A stretch of DNA of 64,000 bases from Mytilus trossulus (taxonomy: Eukaryota): assembly GCF_036588685.1 (NCBI RefSeq), contig NC_086373.1, positions 41,602,001 to 41,666,000 on the forward strand, written 5' to 3'. Of the stretch, positions 25,913 through 37,721 are shown in pieces. The notes beneath the pieces are model-generated. The model was not told where the DNA came from. It saw nothing but the letters and a program-made list of their open reading frames with translations, and made no database searches. Every line of letters starts with the position of its first letter. Within the stretch, counting starts at the first letter, position 1. The position numbers and the translations under genes are program-made.

Positions 25913-27078
25913 ATGATGAGATTCCAAACCATTTTCATTTTAATGGCATTGACCACAATAACAGTAGCTGGTAAGTAAATTTACTGTGAGTTTATATAAT
26001 GTTTTTATAAAAAAAAACTTGGGTGTTAGGATAAAAAAATCCAAAATTACCATAATAAAATTTTCAAAAAGATATAATTTTTATGCATCAGAGGATTACT
26101 TACTAACATCTTTGTTTGGTTACATATAAGAAAATTGCACAAAAGGTTTTCTGTAGTTTAAAAAAAAAAATTGAATCATATTTGTCATGTGGAGTCTTTT
26201 ATAGCTTTCTATACAGTGAGCCTACATCTGAGCTGAAACCGTACGTTCCCAGCAGCTGATAACATTCTAGTCATTTCATCTTAAGTGTATGGTAATCAAA
26301 TTATAATATCTACGTATAAACAAAGTTTTTTTTTATTGTTTTGTATTACTAGATTTGAGAAAATTATAACACGTCAAATATTTATTTTACAGTGTATGCA
26401 CCCACAGACAAACATGCATTAGACAGACATGGAGTAGAAAAAGTTTTGCTGGTTGAACACACAGTTGGAAGAAACATAAACAGGCGTCGTGGTGAGGGAT
26501 CTCTTTCTGTCCTGGATGTCATTGATGCAAATAGACGAGCAGGATCAAGAAATGTTGGAACATCTCATGGAATAGGCAGTGAATTTATTACACACGGGTC
26601 ATCTTCCGGTGGAGGATTGTCTGGGGCTTCAGTTGGTGGCAGGATCTCTGTATCTGGAAGCATAAGAGGTTCTTCAATTGGTTTGTCCCGTGCTTTGAAT
26701 AGCGATGATGATCATTTCACCTCTGGTAGCCGAATTGGTTCATCTGGTCTGGCTAGAAATTTGGATCAATCCAGAAGTTCTCATTTGGAAACTATTGGCA
26801 GAAGCCGTGGAGTGTCTGGTCATACAGCTACCGATCTTCTTGATTCAATCAGCTCTGGACGAGGTGGGCGTGTTGTTCTAGACACTATTTCTGCCAGACG
26901 TAGTGGGTCACCACGTACTTCAGGTTCAGGATTCATTTCTCAGTCAGTGGTAGGAGGTAAAACTGATTGCAAAAACGACTGTTTTAGTGATGGAGATTGT
27001 CCAAAAAACAGATACTGTGCCACTGTTAATTGTCACAGAATTTGCAGAAGAAGACTATCAAATGGATACTCATCATGA
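25913..27078 (+). CDS. Gene A3, secreted Gly/Ser-rich 6-Cys WAP-like protein, 247 aa (exons 25913-25970, 26393-27078)
   Basis: MMRFQTIFILMALTTITVA/VYAPTDKHALDRHG...; canonical splice sites; open frame. Confidence 0.9.
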
Positions 27079-28055
27079 AAAGCCTATCACAAAAATCCAG
27101 ACTATGAACCTTTTGTATATCTTTTTTAAAATAAAATATTGCATTCAGTTTTTGTTATTGATTGATATTTCGTTATTTCATCACAAATATTGATAAGTCA
27201 GTCGTCAAATAAAACTAATGAGAAAAAAATATAACAACATACAGACATAACTACAGATATGAATTAAAGTATACAGCAATTGTCAAAAATGTTCGGTGAT
27301 TTGTTTTAATTGCAGTATCTCGGAACACACAAAAAAAACATAAAATAAACAATAATACAAAACTTTTTTCGCCAAAGCAAAGACAACTCCTTAACAAGTT
27401 TTGCATTGATTTGAATTCTGAAATAACTACAAAAAATCGTCAGACTTATTTTTATGCTGCGTACGTTCTTATAGCCAGACAAAACGGAAAGCTAACTATT
27501 TTCTTAACAAAAACAGATTTAGCGAAATATATAAGCATAGACATTTTTGATTATAAAAAGACGTAGACATGAAACCTGTATTATAACATAAAAAGTATAT
27601 GGATATATTTTAATTGCGCAAACTGTTTTCCTCGGGAAGTTATATGTTTATTTTATAAATCCAATTTTCTTAATCTTTTATAACTTACATGTTTCTCCTA
27701 TTTTTGTTAATATGGCATTAATTATATTTGTTTTATCTTTCCTATTTATTGAAACCAAAAAACCAACACAGAAAACGAACGATTTTCGTTACAAAAAAAG
27801 ATTAAGGGAAAGATATTAGCATAGAAATCTTTGATTATAAAAAGAGATATACATGAAACCTAAATTATAACATAAAAAGTATGAAAAAATTATTAACCAT
27901 GTTATGACAATAATACATCAATGTTCTTTTTTCCAAAAGAGGAGCACTCAGCATATACAATTAATGTGTTCATGAAGGGACAGCAACTTGCTAAAAACTG
28001 AATGTTTTTACCACAATTAATTATGTTTAATTGGAAAACAAATATAAGATATTAA

Positions 28056-28328
28056 GGTGGTACCTAACACTACAGGGAGATAACTCTGTAAAGTCAGCTA
28101 AACGTTTTAATTACGTTGTGTTGTAAAGGGAATATTAAGCTTCTCAATGATCAAAATTGGTTTTTGTCAAATTGCTATATAACCAGTGTAATTTTTCTGA
28201 CAAAACGGTTGGTTCAAAATTTTTGAAATTTTAATAGTTTTGTTTAAGGGTCAAAGTAAATACATTGTTCAAATTTTATGAAAATTAAAAGAGCCAAATT
28301 AATTTTAGTGAAAGTGTTGGGTACCACC
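28056..28328. mobile_element. 273-bp MITE with TTAA target duplication, Kolobok-like
   Basis: TTAA-GGTGGTACCTAACACT ... AGTGTTGGGTACCACC-TTAA (15/16 TIR match); absent at the paralogous site ~14836; TTAA with RR..YY termini is the Kolobok pattern. Confidence 0.85.
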
Positions 28329-28402
28329 TTAAATAAGAAATATGTCTTTTTCAAGACTTCTCGTCCATGTAGTTTGGCATGTTGGTAAGATCATCTATGA
28401 TC

Positions 28403-28594
28403 AGAGGTGGTTATGATGGGTAAATATTAATAATGATCAGAGGTGGTTATGATGGGTAAATATTAGAGGTGGTTATGATGGGTAAATATTAGAGGTGGTT
28501 ATGATGGGTAAATATTAGAGGTGGTTATGATGGGTAAATATTAGAGGTGGTTATGATGGGTAAATATTAGAGGTGGTTATGATAGGTAAATATT
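28403..28594. repeat. Minisatellite, 7 x 26 bp
   Basis: Unit agaggtggttatgatgggtaaatatt; single copy at paralogous 15783-15808. Confidence 0.92.
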
Positions 28595-29182
28595 AATAAT
28601 AGGCCTCTGTAACAAAGCATATCTCTGGATTGGGCTTTTGTATAAATGTATCATAATATTGCTATACAAATGCATTCTTTGTTATATTGGATTTATAAAG
28701 TTTAAAGCGTTATGCATACTTCAATATTTTGGTATTGATCTTAGTTGATTAAATTAAGATACAGTAACACAATACTGCTACAAAGTAAAAATAAATTTTC
28801 ATAACTGATGTTTACTGTGATTTAAAAAATTTTGAATATTTAATTTTGAATGAAATAATTATTTGAGATATTCAAGTTATTAATCATTCGAAGTAATGTT
28901 TGTTTTTAAGCTTAAATACTGTAAAAGTAAATATATATATTATACTTATACTTGACAATCAATGAAAGTTATGAAAGTTCCCTTTTCTGCATTTGTTAAT
29001 TCGTGAATATACATCCTATGTATCTTTCTTATTTGTAATGTGAACCTAATTTCTCTGTAAAAGCATATTGCATTTAAAGATTGAAACTTAGTTTTATTCA
29101 CGATTTACATAATTCGTATTGAAGTATTTGAGCTGCTATTTTGTTGATAACGATATTTTCCCTATAAATTTTAGACTTAGAA

Positions 29183-29777
29183 ATGATGAGATTTCCGACC
29201 ATATTCGTTTTGATGGCATTGATCACAATTACAGAAGCCGGTAAGAAAAATGTTCAATGTGTTTAGCCATTTTTGTTATGATGACATTGACCACAATAAC
29301 AGCAGCTGGTAAGAAAAAATGTTCAATGTGTTTTTCTCGAAATTTATAAACTGTATCAAATAAAAGTTTGTTCTGTGTTTAAATAAAATTTTAATGTCCT
29401 ACTAGATAATGTTCTTTAAAACAGCTGATATTTGCAAAACCGAACAGTCTCTTCCATTCGCTTGATGTGTTTTATCATTTTATTTTGCCATTTGATTAGT
29501 GACTTTCGGTTTTGAATTTTCTTCGGAGTTCAGTACTTTTCTTTACAATTGCTTACAACAACTTCCCTTTGCATAGAATGTGTAGTTGTTTTATTGGCGA
29601 TAATACTTGAAAACATTGTATTGTTCAATAACAATAAAATACAATTTCTTTTTTTTCTAAATGAATCATTAATTAATTCATGAATATAACATAAATTGTC
29701 AGATCTTTAATTTTATAGCATATGTATTAGATAAACTTACAAATATATGCACCAGAACTACCTTCAACAATGATTGA
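29183..29777 (+). pseudogene. Class C fragment (subtype C2)
   Basis: Signal exon 29183-29240 MMRFPTIFVLMALITITEA; duplicated partial exon 29267-29308; exon-3 remnant from 29719 with a 4-nt deletion relative to C1. Confidence 0.7.
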
Positions 29778-30458
29778 AATCAATATCACATAGTTAGATA
29801 AAAATTATTTCATATATCTTTTTATATAAGAACTGACCATATGAATGAATACATAAAACAATTTACAAATAAACATATTATTTCCCAAGGTAAACATGGT
29901 TGATAATTTTCGCAATTAAAATATATCCTCAAACTTTTTATGTTATAATTCAGGTTCCATATATACCTCTTTTTATAATCAAAGATTTCAATTCTAATAT
30001 CTTTCCCTTAATCTGTTTTTGTAACGAAAATCGTTCGTTTTCTGTGTTGTTTAGGTATCAGCACGTATCCAACGTAAAAATGTTAAAAATGTTTGTAGTT
30101 ATTTCAGAATTCCAATCAATGTAGAACTTGACAGGGAATTATCTTTGCTTTGGTGAAAAAAGTATTTTTTAATTGTTTTTGTTAGGTTTTTTGTGTGTTA
30201 CGAGTTACTGTAATTTAAAGAAATAACCGAACATTTTTTCAATTGCTGTATGCTTTTTTTTTTTTATCTTAATTCATATTTGTAATTATGACTGTATGCT
30301 GTTATATTTTTTCTGATACGTTTTTTTGACAAATGACTTTGTCAGGATTTTTGATAAAATAACAAAAAATCTATACAATAACAAAAGCTGAATGCAATAT
30401 TTTATTTTAAAAAAGATATAAAAAAATGTTCAAAGTTTGGATTTCAGTGATAGGCTTT

Positions 30459-31611
30459 TCATGATGAGTATCCATTTGAAAGTCTTCTTCTGCAAATTCT
30501 GTGACAATTAACAGTGGCACAGTATCTGTTTGTTGGACAATCTCCATCACTAAAACAGTCGTTTTTGCAATCAGTTTTTCCTCCTATCACTGACTGAGAA
30601 ACGAATCCTGAACCTGAGGTACGTGCTGATCCACTACGTCTTGCAGAAACAGTGTCTAGTACAACACGCCCACCTCGTCTAGAACTGATTGCGTCAAGAA
30701 TATCTGCACCTGGATGACCAGACACTCCATGGCCACTACCAATAGTTTTCAAATGAGAATTTCTTGACAGATCCAAATTTCTAGCCAGACCAGATGAACC
30801 AATTCGGCTACCAGACGTGAAATGATCATCATCGTCAGATAAAGCACGGGACAAACCAATTGAAGAGCCTCTTATGCTTCCAGATACAGAGGTCCTTCCA
30901 CCAACTGAAGCTCCAGACAATCCTCTACCGGAAGATGACCCGTGTGTAATAAACTCACTGCCTATTCCATGAGATGTTCCAACATTTCTTGATCCTGCTC
31001 GTCTATTTGCATCAATAACATCCAGTACAGAAAGAGATCCGTCACCACGACGCCTGTTTATGTTTCTACCAACTGTGTTTTCGACCAGTAAAACTTTCTC
31101 CACTCCATGTCTGTCCAATGCATGCTTTTCCGAGGGTGCATATACTGAAAAAATTGAATATCTGACAATTTATGTGATTTTCATGCGTTGATTAATTGGA
31201 AAAAAATACTGGTGATTTTTGTTTTATTTAACAATACAATAATATCAATTATTATCGCCAAAAAAAGAGCTACACACTTTTAGCAAAAGACGTTGTTGTA
31301 AGGCATTGCAGAGACTGTTCGGTTTCGTTATTATTTTTTTTAAATGTTATCTACACAAAGAAAAAGTAAAATCACAAAAATACTGAACTCAGTGGAAAAT
31401 CAACTAGGAAAGTCTATAATCACATGGCAAAATCAAATAACAAAACGCATCAAAAACGAATGGACAAGAACTGTCATATTCCTGACATAGGAAACACCTT
31501 TATTTGATACAGTTTACATATTTCGACTAAAACACATTGAAAATTTTTCTTACCGGCTGCTGTTATTGTGGCCAATGCAATCAAAACGAAAATGGTCTGG
31601 AATGTCATCAT
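30459..31611 (-). CDS. Gene B3, secreted Gly/Ser-rich 6-Cys WAP-like protein, 247 aa (exons 31611-31554, 31144-30459)
   Basis: Signal exon plus 686-nt terminal exon; canonical splice sites; open frame. Confidence 0.9.
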
Positions 31612-32226
31612 TCAAGTCTGAAATTTAGAGGAAAAATATCGTTACTTACAAAATAGCAGTTCAAACAATTTAATAACGAATTATGTAAATTGTGGAAATA
31701 AAGTTTCAATTTTGAAAATTAATGCAATATGATTCGACAGAGAAATAAGTTCACATTACAAATTAGAAAGATACATAGGAATTATTATCACATTTTACAA
31801 ATGCAGAAAAAGGAACTTGCATAACTTGCATTGATTGTCAAGTATAAGTATAAGATAAACATATATCTTAACAGTATTCAAACATAAGAACCAAATATTA
31901 CTTCGAATGATTAATAACTTGAATATCTCCAATATTTATCCCATTCCGAATTAAACGTCTGATAGATTTTAAAACACAGTAAATATAAGTTGTGAGAATA
32001 AATTATACTTTGAAGTAGTATTGTGTAACTGAATCTTAATTCAAATTACTGAGATCAAAACCAAAATATTGAACTATGCATCACGCTTTAAACTGTATAA
32101 ATACAATTTTCTAAATCTTTTATAACTTATTTCATATCTTTTTTACTACAGCATTAATTTTAATTGTTATGTCTTTTCTATTTATTTATACCAAATAGTT
32201 ATGATTCTGCTTTTATAATTTCTTAC

Positions 32227-32540
32227 CTTTGTTTGGATCAATTTGAATTATTTCGAATGAATAATGTTTACTGCCTCAAACTCGCTCTTTTATACCGTTC
32301 GTTTTCAATTATATTGTTTATAATACACATGAACACAAGGAAAGTTTAAAGTTAACCGCAAATGATGAATTGTTTATATGTGCATTTTTAAATGTCACAC
32401 TGTCGTAGTTCTAAGGAATTGCAATATATGTTCACAGAAATATTCTCAGGGTCAAAAACACATTTTGTTTCCTCGTACAATCGACATAGTTTTCGTTACG
32501 TCATCATACATGTACGTGTTATGAAATATTGCTTTGACCT
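32227..32540 (-). promoter_or_regulatory. B3 proximal promoter and non-coding exon 1
   Basis: TATAAAAG 32294-32287, donor after 32227, TGCGGTT 32360-32354. Confidence 0.65.
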
Positions 32541-33979
32541 ATTATTAATGTTTGCAAATAAATTGGTGGTATGTTTAGTAATAACCAGAGATTTGAACAA
32601 TACGAAACAAATAAAAATAAACTGAAGTCTTTTATTTCCTTTTAAACGATATTAGTATTTCTTTGAATTGCTTGGAAAACGACTCTTAAAGGTTAACTGG
32701 TTATCGTTGGAAAACTCTTTTTTTTCAGGATTTTAAACATATACACAATACTAGCGGTTTGTTTGCTAACGGTTTACTAGTATTAAATAAACTGGAGTCT
32801 ATAACATATAAGTAACAAATTTTGAAGGGAAACTAAGAATTAAAACAAACTTGAGTGTAATCTGGGCACCGTCAGTTTTATCTTGGGTAAAAAAAAAAGA
32901 ATATGTCCTTTTTTGTTGCCTCTTGACATTTTGTCCTGAAATGTAAAATTTCAGACAATTATTTTTTATTTTTACTGAAGTTTTGAGATATAAAAATGCC
33001 TTGTTCTTTTGTTCCGTATTAACATTTTGTGTTATATTTATTTTATATTTATTTTTTCAGGCGGACAAAACTTCTCCCTAATCCCATTGAAAAATCAAAA
33101 GCTCATACGCATTAAACAGAGGGATATCAAATAGTATATTCCTGACTTGGAACAAGCATTTTTTTTGCAGAAACTGATGGATTAAAACTTGTTAAATAGC
33201 TGACTAAACCTTTCACTTGTATGACAGTTGCATCAAATTCCTTTATATTGATGTGTGAACAAACCAATGAGATATCATAGGTAAAAATATCAAAAAAAAG
33301 TTGTGTTATAATCTTAATCAATATAAAACAAGAAAATATGTAGTTTACAAGCACAAAACGTGATATAGACAAAGCACATAAGCAAAAATGAAAGACAAGA
33401 AAACACAAATTTACATTATCAAATCTAAAGTTAAAGGTAGTTCTTGTATCTTTACAATTTTTTGAGAAGCTATTGTTTAAAGTCTGCCTCATATATATAA
33501 ATAAAGAGCCCAGTCAGAGGTCAAATGGCTTCCATTCGATTGGCAAACACATATAAAAAAAAAAGGGAGATAGATCACAATTATTTTGAAAAAGCCAAAA
33601 CTATATAAAATAGAAAAAAGCCTAAATGAAAAATAATCTTCTTTGAGCAAGATGTTAAACCTATTTATGTACTTTGGTTTACAATTATAACACTTCCAAG
33701 AACTCAAATCACACGCTTACATCGTGTTATCTACCTGAATGCATATGGATTTAAAATTTCTGTTGAAGTAACATCGAAAAAATGGAATGCACTATAAATC
33801 TTTTATGCATCAGTGTTGTGTATTCCATAATTGTTAGCCAGGCGTTCTTTTCAAATCAGTGTAAAACAAACAGTTTGCATACTTAATATGTATAAGGTGT
33901 TTAAAACAGTTGTTGGTAGTGCTAACCAATAAAATTGAACCAGGTCTAAAGCAATTGCATTATCGTTGATATATATGTT

Positions 33980-34415
33980 AGGTGGCACGGTAGTATTTCC
34001 TGGCACGTTAGCCATAATGATGGCCTTTTTAGAATTTGCACTACTTTTTAACACTGCAAAAATTCTACATTCACACTTAACTAAAGAAATTTCATTTTAA
34101 TATTCAGAAATGAATATGAAATAGTATCATGACCGTTTACTTTTTTTCCCTGTTTTTAAAAACCTAAGGCCTCTAGTGCTTTCGGGTCTTTTTATCATGC
34201 AGTGAATGCACAATTTGAAAAAAATCTTAAAAAATCATTTTCATCTGTTTGTAAAATTATTTCATATTTTTCTACACCTGATTCATTCCTCAGTTTGGGA
34301 AAGTGTGTTCAGTTGATACTGTTTTTTCTAATCACACTTTTCAGATACATTGACTTAGGTAGAGTACACAAAAGGGCAACCTAAATTCTGGAATGCAAAT
34401 ACTACCGTGCCACCT
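33980..34415. mobile_element. Old MITE (AGGTGGCACGG TIR), spacer 3 copy
   Basis: TIRs at both ends; right end reads CCACC-TTAA. Confidence 0.7.
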
Positions 34416-34951
34416 TAAAGAGATACATGAGTAATGAAATAGATATTGGTTTTTTTTTTAAATCGGAGTTTACATAGGAGTTTTTATATTTTGAGTATTT
34501 TCAGTTTCGTTTCCGTTATATTCAATATGTGTTTGTAGTTTCTATATTAAAAAAGTCAATTATCTTTCAATACATGCAATAGTACAAATAGTCAGTGCAA
34601 GCAGTGTTTGTGTCATTATTAAGTTAAATCTTCTCATATGAGTTAAAGTAGTTTTCACCTGAGATCGCCCCGGGGTATGAAGTGGTTGGTGCTGCAATTT
34701 GTGTAGTTTAATAGGTTTTGTTTTGTATACTGTTTCCCGTTAGGTTTTTTTTTAAATCCGCGATGAAAATGAAAAAGTATACCATTCTATCATGTAACCA
34801 AATGTTTCCCAATAGAAAAAAGATATTGCGAAATTCAAACAAATTTTAGAGCTGATTTATATGTAGATTAGATATAAACAACACTTATGAGTATTAATGT
34901 TTTGTAACTTAGAGCCTAACACAGTGATGTGAATTCCTTTTCAATTTTTAG

Positions 34952-35471
34952 ATTGGTGATAACATTCATAATGAACAATTGGTGATAACATTCATAATGA
35001 ACAATTGGTTATAACATTCATAATGAACTATTGGTGATAACATTCATAATGAACAATTGGTGATAACATTCATAATGAACAATTGGTGATAACATTCATA
35101 ATGAACTATTGGTGATAACATTCATAATGAACAATTGTTGATAACATTCATAATTAACAATTGGTGATAACATTCATCATGAACTATTGGTGATAACATT
35201 CATAATGAACTATTGGTGATAACATTCATAATAAACAATTGGTGATTACATTCATAATGAACAATTGGTGATAACATTCATAATGAACAATTGGTGATAA
35301 CATTCATAATGAACAAGTGGTGATAACATTCATAATGAACAATTGGTGATAACATTCATAATGAACAATTGGTGATAACATTCATAATCAACAATTGGTG
35401 ATAACATTCATAATGAACAAGTGATGATAACATTCATAATGAACAATTGGTGATAACATTCATAATGAACA
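34952..35471 (+). repeat. 26-bp promoter VNTR, 20 copies
   Basis: 520 bp = 20 x 26. Confidence 0.95.
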
Positions 35472-35823
35472 ATCATAACAGTGACGGAGCATGCGGAGGA
35501 GATATGCAAGATACATCAACACTGTTGTTTTCAAAATTGTTCAATAGTTTGTTTTCAAAGAAGAATGGTTCTCGTCCTTTTTGTAGGCATAAGCTCAAGC
35601 AGTGTTAAATAAGATACATCCTAGTAATTACTGTGTTTAAATAAACAAACCTTCGAACAAAATATAAAGCCGTGGTTTTCAAGTAATTTTATTTCAAAAG
35701 ATTTTAACGTCTAAACCATAGGGAAATAAAAGGCTTTCGGATTGTTTTAAATTTGTTAAAAATGTACAAGTCTCTGATTACAACGAAGTTAATAACTTGC
35801 ATATTTAACCATATTGTTCATCA

Positions 35824-36141
35824 GTCAAAATAATATTTCGTAATAACTACGTGTATTATGACATAATGCCAAATGTGTGTGTAGTAGGAAGAAAACGAAA
35901 TAACCCTGAGTACAGTTCTTTTTTTTTTAAATAAGCATAATCCAAGACTGCAAAGTAAAATGACATTGTGACATTTAAAAGTTTGAACCATAATTTACAA
36001 ATTCATCATTTGTGGTTAATATACAAATTTCCTTGTGTGTATGTCAACTATTAGAAAAAAATTTGAATACGGTATAAAAGAACGATTCTGAAGCAATATA
36101 ACAATATTCATTACAAACTATTCCAATTGTTTTATACTAAG
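35824..36141 (+). promoter_or_regulatory. A4 proximal promoter and non-coding exon 1
   Basis: TGTGGTT 36011-36017, TATAAAAG 36073-36080, donor AAG/GTAAG after 36141. Confidence 0.65.
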
Positions 36142-36542
36142 GTAAGAAATATACATATTTATTAAAAATAAAAATGCTAGATACACATCGCAATAACTAT
36201 GAAAATTTAACACATCTAACACAGATAAACAAGACATAATTCATTGAGGACTTAAAAAAAGGCATCAATAAATTTTTACATACTATATGGTACAAATATT
36301 TTAATTCTAAGTAAATTTTCTGTATGTTAAAAAAAATCATTTAAATTGAAAGAAATCAAATGAGGAAGTTGTAAGAAAAAAGCATTGTAAAACAATTTAA
36401 TAAGTATGGTTTTTCAAAGTGATTGCCTGATTTACTCAACGATTCATTCTTTCTTTAAGTAATTGAAAATCAAGAGACACATGCACATCTAAATTCCAGT
36501 AACGTAAAACATTAATTCTGTTTTTTTTCAGAAATTATAAAG

Positions 36543-37721
36543 ATGATGAGATTCCAAACCATTTTCATTTTAATGGCATTGACCACAATTACAGTAGCTG
36601 GTAAGTAAATTTACTGTGGGTTTATAGTATGTTTTTATAAAAAAAAATTGGGTGTTGAGATACACAATTCCCAATACCTTACCATAATACAATTTTTAAA
36701 AAGATATAATTTCTGTACATAAGAGGGTTGATTACTAACATCTACATATGTTTGTATACATAAAAGAAAAATTCACAAAAAGTTTTCTGTTTTTTTAAAT
36801 TGATTCATATTTGTCATGTGGAGTCTTTTATAGCTTTCTATACAGTATGAGCCTACATCTGAGCTGAAATCGTACGTTCCCTGCAGTTGAAATCATTCTG
36901 GTCATTTCATTTAAAGTTTATTGTAATCAAATTGGTAGAAATACCAGATTTTCTAATATCTACGTATCAACAAAAGTTGTTTTTTTATTGTTTTGTATTG
37001 CTAAATTGGTGAAAATTATAACACGTCAAATACTAATTTTACAGTATATGCACCAACAGACAAACATGCATTAGACAGACATGGAGTAGCAAAATATTTG
37101 CTGGATGAACACACAGTTGGAAGAAACATAAACAGGCGTCGTGGTGACGGATCTCTTTCTGTACTGGATGTTATTGATGCAAATAGACGAGCAGGATCAA
37201 GAAATGTTGGAACATCTCATGGAATAGGAAGCGAGTTTATTACACACGGGTCATCTTCCGGTAGAGGATTGTCTGGAGCTTCAGTTGGTGGCAGGACCTC
37301 TGTATCTGGAAGCATTAGAGGCTCTTCAATTGGTTTGTCCCGTGCTTTATCTGACGATGAAGATCAGTTCAAGTCTGGTAGCCGAATTGGTTCATCTGGT
37401 CTGGCTAGAAATTTGGATCTGTCAAGAAATTCTCATTTGGAAACTATTGGCAGTGGCCATGGAGTGTCTGGTCATTCAGGTGCAGATATTCTTGACGCCA
37501 TCAGTTCTGGACGTGTTGTACTAGACACTGTTTCTGCCAGACGTAGTGGATCAGCACGTACTTCAGGTTCAGGACTCGTTTCTCAGTCAGTGCTAGGAGG
37601 AAACACTGTTTGCAAAAACGACTGTTTTAGTGATGGAGATTGTCCAACAAACAGATACTGTGCCACTGTTAATTGTCACAGAATTTGCAGAAGAAGACTG
37701 TCAAATGGATACTCATCATGA
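36543..37721 (+). CDS. Gene A4, secreted Gly/Ser-rich 6-Cys WAP-like protein, 244 aa (exons 36543-36600, 37045-37721)
   Basis: Open frame; terminal exon 677 nt because of an in-frame 9-nt deletion (SSGRVV vs SSGRGGRVV). Confidence 0.9.
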
